DNA of 47,725 nucleotides, filler included, from Catajapyx aquilonaris (taxonomy: Eukaryota), in assembly GCA_000934665.2 (NCBI GenBank). It is 2 parts of 2 records of this genome, joined end to end, with 100 filler letters (N's around TTAATTAATTAA, not from the genome) between each part and the next. Parts side by side here need not be neighbours in the genome. Positions count along the whole stretch, not along the records: positions 23,956 to 47,725 come from JYFJ02005616.1; 1 more part is not named here. One strand, given 5' to 3'. The notes under the pieces were generated by a model that saw only the letters and a list, made by a program, of their open reading frames with translations, searched no databases and had not been told where the DNA came from. Positions within the stretch are counted from its first letter, which is position 1; each line of letters starts with the position of its first letter. Shown here piece after piece: positions 33,701-47,725 of the stretch. A program made the translations under genes and the position numbers.

Positions 33701-36700
33701 AACACCAGTAACGGGGAGCAACCCTGAGGACGCAAACCCATCCAAGCCTCATCTTGACCTGTTCAATGTATGAAAATGTTGCATATACAATCAACAATGC
33801 GGAAAAAGAAACCTTAATATTATTGAGTCAGTGTGATATTTCCCTATAATAAATAAAAGTGGTATTCTGGTTAATGAACAAAATTGTTAACAACCTAAAC
33901 CCTCCTCTACCAGCTGAATGGGCTGCCTCCATTCATTACAGTGAAACTAGTCCGTAGTGGAACCGATCCATTATAAAAATTTTCCACATCGAACAAGTTT
34001 CCATTGTATGTGACACAAATGCATTGAAAATTCAGGGTTGGAACAAAAGCTTCATAATAATGGACAAGTTCCCTCTCTATCCAGGAAGGGATAACGGCAG
34101 GTTTCACTGAATTAGCAGCTAATACCTTCAATAACACCTGAGAGTAGCTGTTGCAACTGGCTATATAACTACAAACAATAAAGTGCAACATTAAAAAACA
34201 GGTCAATGTGATTTCTTGAAACCCTTGTTGAAACCATTTGAATATAATTCTTAGCTGAACCTCCCATCCCAAATAAAAAAACCCACTTCAGATCCAACTC
34301 ACCGATGGAATGCAAAGCAGTTGGCGACACAATGCTGACTTTACATGGTCCCATCGAGCATCTCTCCGGAACCTGAGGTCTGCATGCTGTGTGAACCATG
34401 CAGCGACACCACAAACACTTCCAGTCTTGCAACCTGAATGTGCAAGAAGAATCTGATGAAGAGGGAGAATTCAATATCGCCGGAGCAGTTCGTCAAGTCA
34501 GCGCACAAACTGCACGAGTGGTGCCCATTGGGATGTTCACAATTCCATAAATTATCTTTGGGAACGAACTTTCAGTGGGGGTTCCTCACTGGCTGGGGAA
34601 AGGCTTTCAGCTGTGAATAAGTCAACTGGCGCTTCAAGGCATGGAGTGCAAAGGATAATAATATTCTTTCTTCCAAAAACTTGGCCTCCCTCCTTCAGGT
34701 CTGACATTTTTGCTGCAGGGAGCGACCTTCACCCCCTTTCTTTTCTTTTCTTCCCATAACCAGGCAGGAAATTATCCACCATACATGTCAACCTGGGCTT
34801 CTCAAGCCTCATTCATCAGATGTGTGATTAAACTTGCAGGTTTTTATTACTCGCAAGGTACGGCCAAAAACTTATTGTCTCAGACAAAAAATAAAACGAG
34901 CCTCCCCTTTTCTTGTGTTGCTGAGTTCCATTAGTCTCGGTTGACAGGCAAAGCTTAATTGAGTTCCTCTTCTCCTCGATCAGCTAATTCGATCAGCTTC
35001 TGCTTCCATTAGACTTCCCCAATCGTGGCCTCTCCCCACCCACCACCCGGGTCCTATTCAGTTTCATATCATCTCAGCCCCTGCATCCAACTGCATCAAA
35101 ATGACCCCCATTTTTGTACCAACCCCGACCCCTTGAAAAGCCATGCACAACGCCGGCTATAAGTCCTCAGGCTGGAAAACAAGTCAATTCTCGTAAATAT
35201 CTCAGTTATGTAAGACCCTTTCCGCCAAACGATCCACGACACTCTTAAGCCACATTCATAAACAACCAGCCTACAGGGTGCTCCATTATCCCAGTTAAAT
35301 AGGAGAGTGCAACGGTTTATCCTGGAAGTACGGTAACCTATGTGCCTCTCTTGTTCAAAGTGAAGCCTACATGGCAGGAGCAAATATGAGCCAAGAATAT
35401 TTTATTGCTTCTAAAATTGGAAATCCTTCAACAAAGAGTCTTTTAATGATTTGTTATATTTTTAGCTACAGTGTGTGGGAACTAATAGGTGCATGTGTCA
35501 ATCAGTAGGTAACAATCAATCAGAAAAGTTAAGCATTACATGGGCTTCTGAGCAGAAACTTTTCCCACCGTCATTTCCACTGCTTGGTTTTATATCAAGC
35601 CAATACTGCGCAGTATGTACCTGAAGCAATCAGGATATTGACTTACCTGAGGACGGACCCACACGTTTTCTCGCATATAACGCATTTCGCTGACACGGGC
35701 AGATTTCCCTCCAGCCACTGGTGGGGCATTGACAGGGTCTGAAAGAGCAACAGGGAAGGGCATAAAGGCATCCAGAAAGTACGCACTTTCCCACTGAAAA
35801 CCAATTCCAAAAAAAAGAGCAACAAGCACATTACGCATTAAATTGGCCTTTAAAAAAATCTGTGTCGCACGTCGCAAAATGAGACGTAAAATCCTTTGTT
35901 TTCAAACTTCGCTTTTGTTCTCCTTATTACCATACGCAGTCGGGCTGCAACCGGCTTTGAAGTGAACTCAAGGAGAAGACTGGAGGAGGTACAAAAGCTA
36001 TACGAACATGCAACCTATTGATTCTCACTTGAAGCAGAACTGCTTCACGCATCCATGAATTTAGCAAAGAAGCCAGAAAAATTGCAGATACGCCTTTTTT
36101 CAAAATTGCGTTACTTACCCCATCAGATTCCTCGATGATCTCTTTACCCACGGAGGCCAGGGTGGTCCACTTGCAGTTAGCTAGAGCTTTCGGAGCACAC
36201 CTCTTGTGGGCCTTGCATTTGCATATCTCACAGCTCAGTCCAGCAAAGGTCACTCCTGTGTGAATCCAAATGGGAATTATTAAAGCCATGTCCCTTTCTG
36301 CTTTCAAATGCCCCCAAATTGCGACACAGGGTTACATAACCCCCGTTTTAAAATGCTACGAATGTGCTGGGTGTGAGGTACAGGCGCTAAGCGATTGCAA
36401 AATGTCATGGGGGCACAACCAGCATTGTTTCTGATGCTTAATGCAAATTAACAGCCTGACGTCGTAAGTGCCTGATTAAAAACCCTCCCCCCTGCCAATT
36501 TCTTTCGACATCATCTGAATGAGACCGTATCCAACGAGCATGAATCGCCTGTAGCGAAGCTGCACTTTTCAGGTTAAATCTCTGCGAGCCGAGGTGTAAT
36601 TAATTCCCCGCGAGCGACACTCCCATCAGTCGTGTGGCCACGCCCAAAAGCCCTTAATTCATCTCCGGCTCTGATGAATGATCCTCCTGTCCTCTGCAGG

Positions 36701-39700
36701 TGACGCCTCATATCTATCCAGTCTGCTTCGGGTAGCATGCACCGCATTTAGGACTATACAACTAGCCCCGGGCAACACACACAAAAAATATGAGTGATGA
36801 GCCTTTCCGGTTCCGCGGTTATAAGTTTTACCTGAAAAGGCGTCTCGACATATGTTGCAGTAGGTAGGTCTTGCATGGGATGTGGTATGCCACTGGTGTT
36901 GTCCGGATAGCATCTCCATGTGATCTCCTGCCTAGAATGATGAGACATACTGTAAAGCCAGACTGCAGAAACATCCGTGCTCAGAATTTTTGATCCAAAT
37001 GCCTTTCAGGAAGACAAATACAGCTTGCCTTCCACCAGCAGCCCAATCCAAAGGAGAAACACCCTATCTCCAAAACCAGTAAGGGTGAAAGTCGCATGCA
37101 CGCCAATCACTAATCCCATCTGAATCAATAGGGATTAGTGTAGGGCATGCACGCGACTTTCACCCTTACTGGTTTTGCAGATATGGTGTTTCTCCTTGGG
37201 AAGGCCAGATACTCACTTCGTAGTTAAAATCCTGACTATGAGCGGCTCCTTTCACGGCTGCCATCCACTCTTCCATATCCTGCCTGGAGTCAGCGCCTAG
37301 AACCAAGTTTCGGAAGGGGGTCACCACCTGAAAAGGTAGATCTAATTAACGGGGTAGGTTACACTGCCAGGAAATTATGGTGGGTGAAACTTGGGTTGTA
37401 TAAACGCGTGGCATTGATAGTTGTTATATGAACGGTGCGAGGGCGTACCATGGTTGCTTGTTTTTGAATGGGCCTAGAGGGCTTCGAAGCCTGGAACGGT
37501 GTTTGTCTTAGAAATGCAGCTCCAAAAGTCATGCACGATGTGAGATAAGTCATGGTCTGAATGCTGCAGGGGACGTAATCAAATTAGTTGCTCGGTACAT
37601 GCGAAACAGATTTTGGAAACTGGATGTCAGCTCAATAATCAAGTGGAACATACTGCATATCACACTGTCCAAAATTCAAGTTTCGAGACAAATACTAGTG
37701 AAGATCTGGCTCATTATATTTAGGTCTATGGACTTCACTAGATGATAGAGCAGAAAAAGGTGGTACAAAGTGGTACAAATAAGCGGATTTCACTTGTATA
37801 GCAACAAATCCACCAAAGTGCGAAACCAGCACCTTCTGGATCAACATTAATTCTGGTGCATGGACACGCCTCTACTTCTCCGAGTTCGAACCCTTAAAAA
37901 ATCAATCTTTCAGATCACGTGCTTCTGTTGATTTCCATGATCAAATGCCTGGTAAATTCTGAGAATGATTGTAAGGCCACGCCCTTCCAACTTCACTTTT
38001 TAAGAGATTATTTGGCCCCCGAAACGGTGTAGCAAAACTATCGCTAAAAGGGGTTCAGTCTCCTCCATAATGAGCGGAGACACATGCATTATTCCACGAA
38101 AAAGGTTTTTTTATTGGTAGAAAAAAGAAGGTAATTCAGCCAGTCGGTCGCTACATTTTACGTAAGTCGAATCTTACGTATCTTAGGAACCTGTAACACG
38201 CTTTCTTGCAACATTTTAATTGTCAACTTGTCTCGCAGATTTTTTGCGCATAACTTATCAGAAACCATTTTCGCATGTCGGAAATATTCCGAATCTACGT
38301 AAGTCGGTTCCTGCTTGTTTATGCAATTCTGCATGTTGGGCGTTGAATATTGAAACTCCATTACACACATATATTTGCTGTATCAAAATTTTGATAAGTA
38401 GACTGTAGTCTAGACCCTACCTTTAACCAACAGAACGTGCAGCACAACGAGGGCATAATGTATACTGTACAGTAGTTTAAAATAATAGAACGTTACAACC
38501 AGGGTGTTAACCTTGAAAGCCATATAGATGGTTACTGTAGAAACTAACTTTTTATAGTGCAAAAAAGTACTACTTATTGATGCATGCTGCCTCCGATAAT
38601 CCGCTTTTTAAATATCAAAATAAGCCAGATGATGAACAGTCCTGACATGCTTGAATATTTTGTTGTCCTATATAGTCTAGTCTATTATTGAGCCCAGTGA
38701 CAGACTCTAAAGTTCAGAGGAATGTATTGTGCAAATATACTAGCAAATGCCTTCAAACGAATGTTTGCCTCAATGCATTCACAAAATTACTTGGTGTCGA
38801 CCCCATGTTGTCCGAAAGAAACGTAATCATTCATCCGCAATAATTGCCTGACGGTGCTGGCCGTGTTTTGAAAAAAAAAAAAAAAAAAAATCATTGACAA
38901 CCTTCACTGCTCACATGACTTCACTCTCAATTGGCAGGAAGGTGGAGGGCAATCAATTCTTTCGACCCATTACTTGCGATTCGCTGGACTATGTGAGTTG
39001 ACGTACTGTACAGAGCATGACAACACATATGACAACTTCACTGCAGTGAACTTTTAAAAAATGCCCATAAGTACATTACGCATTTGCTCACTCAAGGACA
39101 GAAAATGTAATTCGCTACAGGAGAAGTAACTACAGTATATTGTAATGCATACAGACACTTAAAAGTGTACATCATCATCATCATTATCATGTTATGGTTA
39201 TTATAGCAAGTCCCATTTTGTATGCATTTTGGTATGAAAATTCACTTCGCATACAGGTGACACACGCAAATATTCCGGCACCTGCTGCAAAATGAGATAT
39301 TTACAGTGCACGCATGTGATTAAAGTTACGCAATGACCTTATTATGAGTTTCACTTATAGTGCATATATAGTATGCCAAAATACAGTATAGCACCGGTTG
39401 CATTTAAAAAATTATGTTGAACTTAGTACAGAATCCTGTAATTAAACATGCCACACCCACACATTGCCCTGATAGTATATATTTAATAAATGCCCTCAAG
39501 CCTGTGTTTCTAAGCTGCACAAGATGCGCCTTCACACAACAGATTCTAAATGCAATTATGCCATATAAATGTAATTCCATTACCATCTTTTTTGGCATCT
39601 ACTTGAATTGAGCGCTGATAAATACCCAATGATGCTTTAGCGCGTAATCGCCACTAACATTTCTCACTTAATTATAGTGCTAATTACGACTGACTCTCAT

Positions 39701-42700
39701 ACGAATCAATCACACGACCAGAAGTGAAACATGGCAATGACGATAAAGAGATGAGACAAGACGCCCTAATAATCACTCCATTATCGTTCTTCAAAATTGC
39801 TCCCGCGGAAAATTTCTCAAGCAGGAGGGCATAAAGGCTACGTGATGGATGCTCAAGTGCTTTGCGCTAACGGAGAGAAAAATTAGTGTCAAGTTCCTTA
39901 CTCCAAATGAAGAAGAGTCAGGCGGAATGGTTCATACGTAAATCACGTTCAAGTCGATTTTGTAAAAAAGTCAGGTTAGGGCTTTAAAACGCTAAATTCA
40001 CTTTCTCACGGCTTTAGCGTATATTCCTGATGGTACGTCACGTATGCTATTATACCAGCAGGGCAGACCACATAACACTCAATATTATGCCAGCCTACTA
40101 AAACACTGCAACATGAAGTGGTCAAGCACTTGCCACACAAAGTCAACCCTCTGGATCAACTTTCGGAGAGTTACGTCACAATATCTGCGTCCCTAAAAAC
40201 CTGTCCTTTCCCATGATGACTCTCGGTGTCTAACTAACATGCAAAGGGAAAGCATGAAGGCAAGCCCCAAGGAGGCAGCAGTTCTTCCTATTGACCCAGG
40301 CTCCCAATGCCAATATTTACCTTGGCCATCTTATTGTCACAGGCAGACGAATTGGGATCCAGGCGGCAAGAATGACTTGGGCCAATGGAAAAGTGGCGGG
40401 CCCCACCAACACAAGAACCGAACCTGGGATTGTGTTGCGTCCCTTTGCCACAGACCAATCTGAAATACTCCATTACTTTCGCTCCGCATTGTAATCAAAC
40501 AGCCTTATTTGAAAACGCGACGTGGAAACACAAGGAGATGCAAAATTATCACTGCACTAAAAATTAAGCAATTGGAATTAAACAAGAATATCAGTGAAAT
40601 ATTAATTGGCTGCATGTAAGAAATCCAGAATCATTTATGCATGTAACCAGGCTTGAATAATTTATTGCTATTTCAAATTCGTGTGAAGGAACTCTCACCT
40701 GTAATTAAAACGTATCAAATATTTGTACGAGAGGGCCACTTGCATTAAGGCAAATTAAAGAGCAATCTCCGCTTGTGTACGTAGAAATTTATATGGCTAA
40801 TCGCTATTGTTTAATTGAAGATTTTCATTCAATTTGCTACATATAGCAATGTAGAACTATATAGAGTCCGAAAATGCACTTGTGTTACTTTTAGAAAAAC
40901 CTAATACAAGTAACAGCAAAAAAGAAGCTTAGAACTGGGACACCCTGTGTATTAACCTATCTTCTATAAGCCCTTCCAAGTTACAAGAGGCCACCTCTGG
41001 CACAGTAGAATGCACATCATTATCCGAAAGGAGATTTTACTGCCAGTTACATTTTCAGGCTCTCCGCGGGGATCAAAGTTTCCATTATTCCGCCATTGAT
41101 CAAAGTGTAGTAGCCGGCTCTGGTTAAAGGAGGACGTATAATATTGGTTACATAAGGTCGCCACCGTCCCTACAGGTTATTCCATAGAGAAAAGGACTCC
41201 GGACGTGTCTCTTTAACAGCCAATATACGATTTAACAGGCAGTCCAAAATATTTGATTTATTTCCCTGATTTATTAAAAGTTGACACTATTGGCTACAAG
41301 TTGGCTACAAGCAACGCATATTCAGATTAGCATCAATAACTCAAAATGTCAAGGCCAGATTTTCTGATCCTGAAAAAACCTCCAACTTCCATCTGTCCCT
41401 CAAAAGTTTGTCAGAGTTTTTCATTAGTGTCAACCTCGTCCCCAATAGTTCGCTCTCAACTGTTCAATTGCTTCAGAGTCCCAACACGCTGAATTTAATC
41501 GACTTCTCAACGCTAAACTCAGATCCCGAATCGCGATTTACAACCACCCCTTGATTAATTTGGCAGCCATTTTCAAGCAAACAACGTAAATCTCACTTCT
41601 CCGTCACGCAAAAAAAAAAAAAAGACATGCGATAAATTCCAACATCGGGGGTCGTTCACCCACGCAATAATTTCAGCTTAACATGCAAGTATGCAACATG
41701 CCAAAATGACCCACAAAAACATTCAAGAAATCCTTCATTAGTCCACAAAAAACAAGGTTCTTCAGGTACAAAAAAACCTCAAAAAATTTTTTTTCCCTTA
41801 CCCGGAATAAAATCCGGTCTGCACCAAACCCGGGCCGAGTTATTTTGGTTCTCCTCCGGCTAAATTTAGCACAGGGTCTCTCCTTCCGCGGGGGTGGTTG
41901 GGTGGAAAGCTTGGTTCACTACCTGCACCACCCAAACCGACGTCGATTCATGGGGGGCTAGGGGGACATCCCAACAATGGAGGTCCCCACCTCATATATT
42001 GGTAATCGATTGAGCAACACCAATTTGCGAATATAGTATATATTTTTTGGCGATGAGGACATCATTAATGGTGCAATGTTGTAATGCGACGCGTTGCTTA
42101 CTAATGCTGAATTATTCATACGGAAAATTTGCATCTTAAACGCATCAATCATGGTGTGTTGGAGAGGAGGGGGAATTGGTAAGCCCTGGAGGGTTGCCCT
42201 AAATGCGTGTCCATTTAAGATGATCGGATCGGGTCCAATAAGTTACATGGAGGGATGTGCATCGTGGAAGCCGAAACGTGATCAGATTGTTGATACAGGT
42301 ACAGGGTTGTCAAACTGCCTACTAGTTCCTCCTCTCATCCACCAGAGGCGCTGCCTCCCTATTGCGCAGGCGCACTGAGACCAATCAAAAGCCTCGGTCA
42401 TACAACAAAGGATCTTAATAATTAATTAATTAATTATTTATTTAACCCCCTTTTAGGGGGGGTGGCATACCACCGTTTTCTTCAATCACCGGTGGATTAT
42501 TATTAGCCATTGTAAGTGATGTGCATGAACGTCGCTCAAGATATTAAGAGAGGCCATCCAATGTTGGCTAACCGTAATGCACTGGGATGTAACTTCCAAC
42601 ATCTCCCTGGAGGGAATAAAATATGCAAATGGATGAGCTTCCTTTGTGTAGAAATGGTTGAATGTGAATTCCGACCGAACCTGAGCTGGTCCGGATGCTC

Positions 42701-44763
42701 CGCATGTACCGCTGCATCGCATTTACAACTGCTTAGCCCAGTAATGCACAGGAATTATTGATGAGCTTATGCACTCAGTCCACTCCGCACTCCTAAAAAA
42801 TCCTTTGAGTGCCCAAAGGGTTAGAAAAGGGAGCTTCCATATTTTATATGCTTAGCAACTTTGCAGATTTAATTAGTTTCGTGCCCCCCTTACTTTTATT
42901 TTACATGAGGATCATTCGTGAAGGCGTTGCGAATATAATGAACGTAATGCCACAGTGCCCTATTATTAGGACAGTCATTATGTTCGTTGGGTCATTACGT
43001 TTCCCGCCATTTTCTGGGCAGCAGCGAGCCAAAATCGGGTCTTCGTTGCTCAATTAATATATAATATATAATTCAGGTATATCTGAGTTAATGTCAGCAC
43101 ACGACTGCGTTCATTTACAACCCGGAACCTTGACGTCACGATTTCCCGACCAACAAATCACGTTTAAGCACAGGCCACTCTTGAGGAGCATTTCAACCAA
43201 CTGTAATCAACACTGCCTATAGTGTCTTTCATTCATCTCCTCCAACAGTCCTCCTTCCTTCCCTAGCGAAAAGGGTAACGACCAAGCGTTAAGGCGGAGG
43301 CGTAATTGCCTCCAGTCATCATTTGACACAAAATTCCTTTTATTTCAAGGAACGGAGGCAGTAAACGAGCGGCACTTCGTGGGGACACTCAAATGGTGCA
43401 TGCTGAGAAAAATGGTTAGCCTACAGTGCGGATGTGAGAAAAGGACGAGTGTGGCTTAGGCTTAGAACCCCCCCCCCCCCAAAAAAAAAGAGTGAATTGT
43501 GGTCCAAGTTTGTTGGCCACGCCTACCTAGTTTAGCTCTTTTTATCTATGTTCCGCCTGCATGTGTCTCCTGGCTTGGAACCCGGTATAATCTGTGGGGT
43601 ATCTACTATCCACAAGAGGCCATTTTCCCACATCGTCCAAAAGACCGTAAAAATGGTTGTCGAATGGCCAGGGTGATTCAAAACCCCCCAGCCGTATTGA
43701 CACTTTTAAGGCATCGTTGTGTCCCTGCGGCTGAATAGGGTGATTCGTTTTCCGTTCACTGCTAACAAGAATGCCGATAAAAAGTTTCGCTATATACGAG
43801 TATATATATAATATTTTTTGTCAGTTGTTGTTATTACACAAGGGATGGACGAACCTTAATGAGATGGAAGTCGTAAGCTCATTATGATGTAACACAAAAG
43901 CTGGGTCTGATGATATTAATCGCTTGTTTCTGGTAGCCGTTAGAATAGTCCGCTATCATCTGATTGGAGGCTTTTACTTTAATAGGCCTGCTGATGGTGT
44001 CGACAATGGTTGCACGTGCCCTGTTGCTACAATAGCATTACTGCATAAGTGCACCAGAAATATCAATCACATTTTGGTCGGAATTTAATTAGGCATTGCT
44101 TAATATAGCCCTAGAAGGATCAAAATCAGGTTATACATAGAGCGCCATATATAGACTCATTGGATTTATATTTAAAAAAACTGCAATCGACATCCCGCCA
44201 AAATAGCAGGAGAAACATGATAAGTCTTTGAACTTTTTCCTTATTATCTCTTCGTTATTTCTGGAACCCGGATAGGTTTTTAAAAAGGTTTTCATAAAGT
44301 ACAACGATGCTTATTATCGGCATTAAAATTGAAATAAGGACTCTCCTGGAAAACACTTACACATTCAAATTGTAGGAATCATATTCGCATTAAAATTAAT
44401 GAGATATTGGTGAAGCACCGATTTTCGTCTGCCTCATTTAAGCGCGGAATTTACCCCCCCCCCCCCCTTTATAAATTTACTCTAAAACCTGAAAATAACC
44501 CGGACTCTGAAACGCTTTGATATCAACCACACAGCACGCTTGTCACTTGACCAGAGTGCTCGCAGAATAATTTTTCCCACAGCAAAACTGCGCAGGAAAA
44601 TTCGAAACATACACATCCCCACACTGTCCAACACTTCCCTTTGAAACACACATGCGGTCAAGTGGTAGGTGTACAGTACCTGGAAGCAGTGTTGGACCTG
44701 TTTCCCCGCTGGGCACTCCAACACCCTGGCACTGTTCAGATCCACTTCATCGAAAATGTCCGC
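27268..44763 (-). CDS. DGKH: Type II diacylglycerol kinase (DGK eta/delta group), 5'-partial
   Basis: 20 GT-AG exons whose phases chain correctly (4212 nt): 44763-44680, 37327-37217 (PH); 36931-36832, 36255-36119, 35738-35647, 34433-34303 (two C1 domains); 33758-33590, 33511-33409, 32933-32788 (catalytic: [27 protein letters not shown]); 32726-32496, 32320-31990, 31725-30939, 30714-30481, 30415-30310 (insert); 30224-29767, 29626-29398 (accessory: [18 protein letters not shown]); 29334-29217, 29159-29070, 28989-28870; 27702-27268 (SAM). The N-terminal half of the PH domain was not found in the window. Confidence 0.95.
29767..30224 (-). CDS. DGKH: DGK accessory (DAGKa) domain exon
   Basis: [18 protein letters not shown]...[24 protein letters not shown]...[12 protein letters not shown]; canonical splice sites. 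Confidence 0.95.
32788..33758 (-). CDS. DGKH: DGK catalytic (DAGKc) domain exons
   Basis: [30 protein letters not shown] (ATP-binding GGDG) and [16 protein letters not shown] across three exons. Confidence 0.95.
34303..36931 (-). CDS. DGKH: DGK tandem C1 (Cys/His zinc-binding) domain exons
   Basis: [36 protein letters not shown] and [44 protein letters not shown]. Confidence 0.93.
37048..37200. repeat. Long imperfect inverted repeat (70-bp arms, 13-nt loop) in a short DGK intron
   Basis: 37048-37117 vs the reverse complement of 37131-37200: about 8 mismatches in 70, no indels. Confidence 0.9.
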
Positions 44764-47725
44764 CTGCAAAGAGCAACAAAAACCACGTTAAACACACACG
44801 CATACGTCAGCACGTGTCTCCAACAGCCGGAGGTATAATGGACCCTCTTCCTATTTTAAGACAAGTCAAAGTTGGCAAAGGTGGAACTCATCCGGTTTTC
44901 TCCCTCCGTCTTGAATTTACGATCCATAAGCTGATATTCATGTAATGCCACCCCGCTTCATAGAAACCGTGATTATATGTCCGAGCATTATTCTGCCGAG
45001 TACAAAAGGAACTCCAGCAGAGACTTCCAACCCTTGTAATGATGGTCGCATCCAACCTAATTGCTATCCGCATCAAGCGCTGCGGTTTGCAGCCAACCTT
45101 TAGGGTACCGGGATTTAGAAGCACCGAGTTCCCGGGGTCATAATGAGAGCATTCACTTGCCGCGACTTCCCCGGACAAAAGCCGCACTTGCCAAAGTCTC
45201 ACGCTGTTTCCTAGACGCTTCCGAGTGAGGTCGCTGATGTAGCGGGGATTGTGCTCCTTGATGTAAAGTAGGTAGATCTTTCTACACACATATGTAGCCA
45301 TGATATCGCTGCCATATTCCCTGCGGCATAATATCCGGACCAGCATCGCACATAGCAGCGGTTGGCAGATAACCGCCAGAGGACACTTGCTATTGTGCCC
45401 ATCGCTACGTGACATTGACAGCTCAGCTTCCATGTAGTCCATTGCATTGCCCAAAGTTTCCTCATCATTTCCGGGACCACCCGTTTGGGGTCGTGGGCGT
45501 CGTTCATCATTTCCTACTCGAGGTCACTCGAGTCGCTGACCATCCTCCAGCCAAATGTCCCCCCATTGCATACGAATTGTCTCGAATTTCCAGAGGGGTT
45601 CGAGTGTGCCAGTTTGGCTGCCTGCCTGACATTTTGATGGCAACGTAAATTTCAGTACGTTCACTTTCACAATATTATTACATTGCTCAAGTTTCCATTA
45701 TTTTCTGCTGGATGATTGCACGACCTCGTTATACAGCGACATCTAGTTATTTCGAAAGGCGTTGTTTGTTTTTGATTAGGTTTGTTTTGATTTTTAATCG
45801 CTCTTGGGCTCATACAGTTCTCGGGAACCATTATTTGCAACCGAAATATAGATCCGCGCGTGGAAATGCACGTCACTAACTGTACCAACCTGGACAATTT
45901 CGCACTCCCTTTGTTATTCATGGCCGTGCAATATCTGAATATGCAATTTTCAGCCTATATTTTCCAGAACGCATTGCTACGTTTTAGGACTGTGAGTACT
46001 GTCTCTCTTCACTTGAAAATGCGACGGCGGAAGTGGCATCCCGCATTTTGTTGACAGATCAAACGTCACGCCCGTGCAATTCCGCTCGCTACCTGTCCTG
46101 TTTTCAACAGATAAATTCCCTTGCAAAAAAAAAAAAACAGTCCTAAGTCCATGGGTTTGCATCCATCTGGGTTTTAATACGTGCCCACAGACCAGCTCCG
46201 TGTTTCGGACCGAGATTAAAGAACCCGCTAATCAATAGGCGTACTTATACTATGCATAAATCCAGCTAACAAGCTTGTTATCCAGTGCCGCCGCTTACAC
46301 AGCAAAGCGGTGTATGGTTTGCCCATTCTTCCTATTCAAACCCTTAACAATGGGGGCGTATACACGGGCAAGTGGATCCTGAAGCGATATTCCAACCATG
46401 CGGATTTTGTAAATTGACATTCCCTGACTATTAACTTCGGTCGCAATGTTTCATCTCACCAACACTGGACATATCGCTTTAAAAGTCGAGTAGAGTGATG
46501 TCCAGCGGAAACAATGACAAGAAGAAACATGTCGGTAAGACATCTGAACACCATCAATATTATTGAACCGACTGATCAGTCCCTATAGTAAAAATCCCAG
46601 CCCGAATCGAATTTTCTCGCTCTATCCACGCATGATTGCCTTCAGCTCCAAAGCCTTCTGACAATGGCCAGAAAAAACGCTTCCAAAAAATACGCTTATA
46701 TGCTTCAAGGCATTTTAGGTCCGCAAATAATGTTCTCTATACCTATATAGCAAATCCAGCTTTTTTATATATAGAAGACTTCCACTTCTGACTCAGTATT
46801 GCCACGTCTCTATGGATCGGGTATCTGTCGTATTCGCATCAAACTTACAAGACTCGGGTTATAAAAAAATTCCGATGTCCGAGTGTTGCCATGGTGTCGT
46901 TTCGCAACAGGATCTGACAAGGCCCTGTCTAAATGCTAAGAGAAAACAAATATCTGCTGAGACGTCAGTTTCACAACAATCCTATATAACATGTACAATC
47001 TGTCTCAATAAGTTTTGGCCACTTTATCCTGGTCTTGAACGATCACACACAGTGCCTGCTCACCGTGGGGCCTGTACGAAGGGTTGCTTCAAGACTAGGA
47101 TAAAGTGGCCAAAACTTATTAAGACAGATTGTACTTACTGAAAAAAATGCGCATGTAAAGTCACCCCAGCAATATGATCATGGGGGCGGAAATTCAGTGT
47201 CCTTCACAAAAAGCTAATGATTGGATCAAGATCATTTGAAAATTAATCCAACGCAATAGCGTGATACAGTAATTATACATGCGCGGGCGTGATGTCAGCG
47301 AACCCCATGCCAAATTGCACCTTTTGTTTCAGTTCCTGGGCCCAAACATGCGTTTATAATTGAAACAACGTTTGGAGCACATCAGTTGCACACACCGGTC
47401 ACATGGAAAGAATAATAAGCGTATGAAATTAATATCAACAGTTTACTCGATTGGTTCTCGCATAACTATGGGCTTACCACGCCAATAGTGGTTTTGAGGC
47501 TCGCTGGATCCATAAAATCCGGGGTGACCCTATACACTGTAATTGAACAAAGCACAACGTCCTCGTGCACGGACTGGTAACATGTACGCCACCAACCCTC
47601 ATTTTTTTCCCTGTGTTTTTTTGCAATGTAGTGCTTTGTAACTGGAACACTGCTGCAGTTCGATCAGGATTTTCAACTAGGAGTTGACGCAACAGTATAC
47701 AAGGTGTTTAAACAATTGGCATAAC

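Noticed and set aside
37560..41520. Fragments resembling decayed DNA transposons in the large DGK intron (also 1-100 and 15150-15625)
   Set aside because: Only vague compositional resemblance; no TIR pair, TSD or clear transposase motif could be established by eye.
42410..43060. Possible fourth LINE 3' remnant
   Set aside because: A tail-like AT run and small hairpin are present, but there is no TSD and no convincing ORF2 motif. Kept only as a weak example in the stem-loop finding.
44888..45510. 188-aa and 99-aa minus-strand ORFs upstream of the PH exon
   Set aside because: No PH N-terminal motif, no suitable splice donor and no recognisable domain; cannot be supported as coding.

Overview
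Eukaryotic (almost certainly arthropod) genomic DNA in two parts separated by an artificial 100-bp scaffold spacer (23856-23955). Left part (1-23855): a minus-strand tandem cluster of insect-type gustatory receptor (GR, 7tm_7 family) genes in active birth-and-death. It has three apparently intact genes (GR-a, GR-c, GR-d), one gene with a stop at codon 3 and a newly created downstream ATG (GR-b), two pseudogenes (GR-e, GR-f) and at least four short relics. All share a long first exon plus three short C-terminal exons ending in the TYhhhhhQF motif. The cluster also carries a full-length, lesioned non-LTR retrotransposon (RTE-X-like, 289-4861, perfect 18-bp TSD, empty-site paralog at ~23.2 kb), two 5'-truncated LINE ends, a mariner relic and a MITE. 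Right part (23956-47725): most of a type II diacylglycerol kinase gene (DGK eta/delta group; PH, 2xC1, split catalytic domain, SAM) on the minus strand, with 20 frame-consistent exons (~1400 codons); its first exon(s) were not found in the window. I see no clearly new biological system. The most worthwhile leads are the GR start-codon rescue, stop-free 3n GR introns, GR mosaicism and cassette duplication, the in-frame ORF1-TGA-ORF2 junction of the LINE, and two long hairpins. All calls are by eye from sequence and family knowledge; no searches were run.
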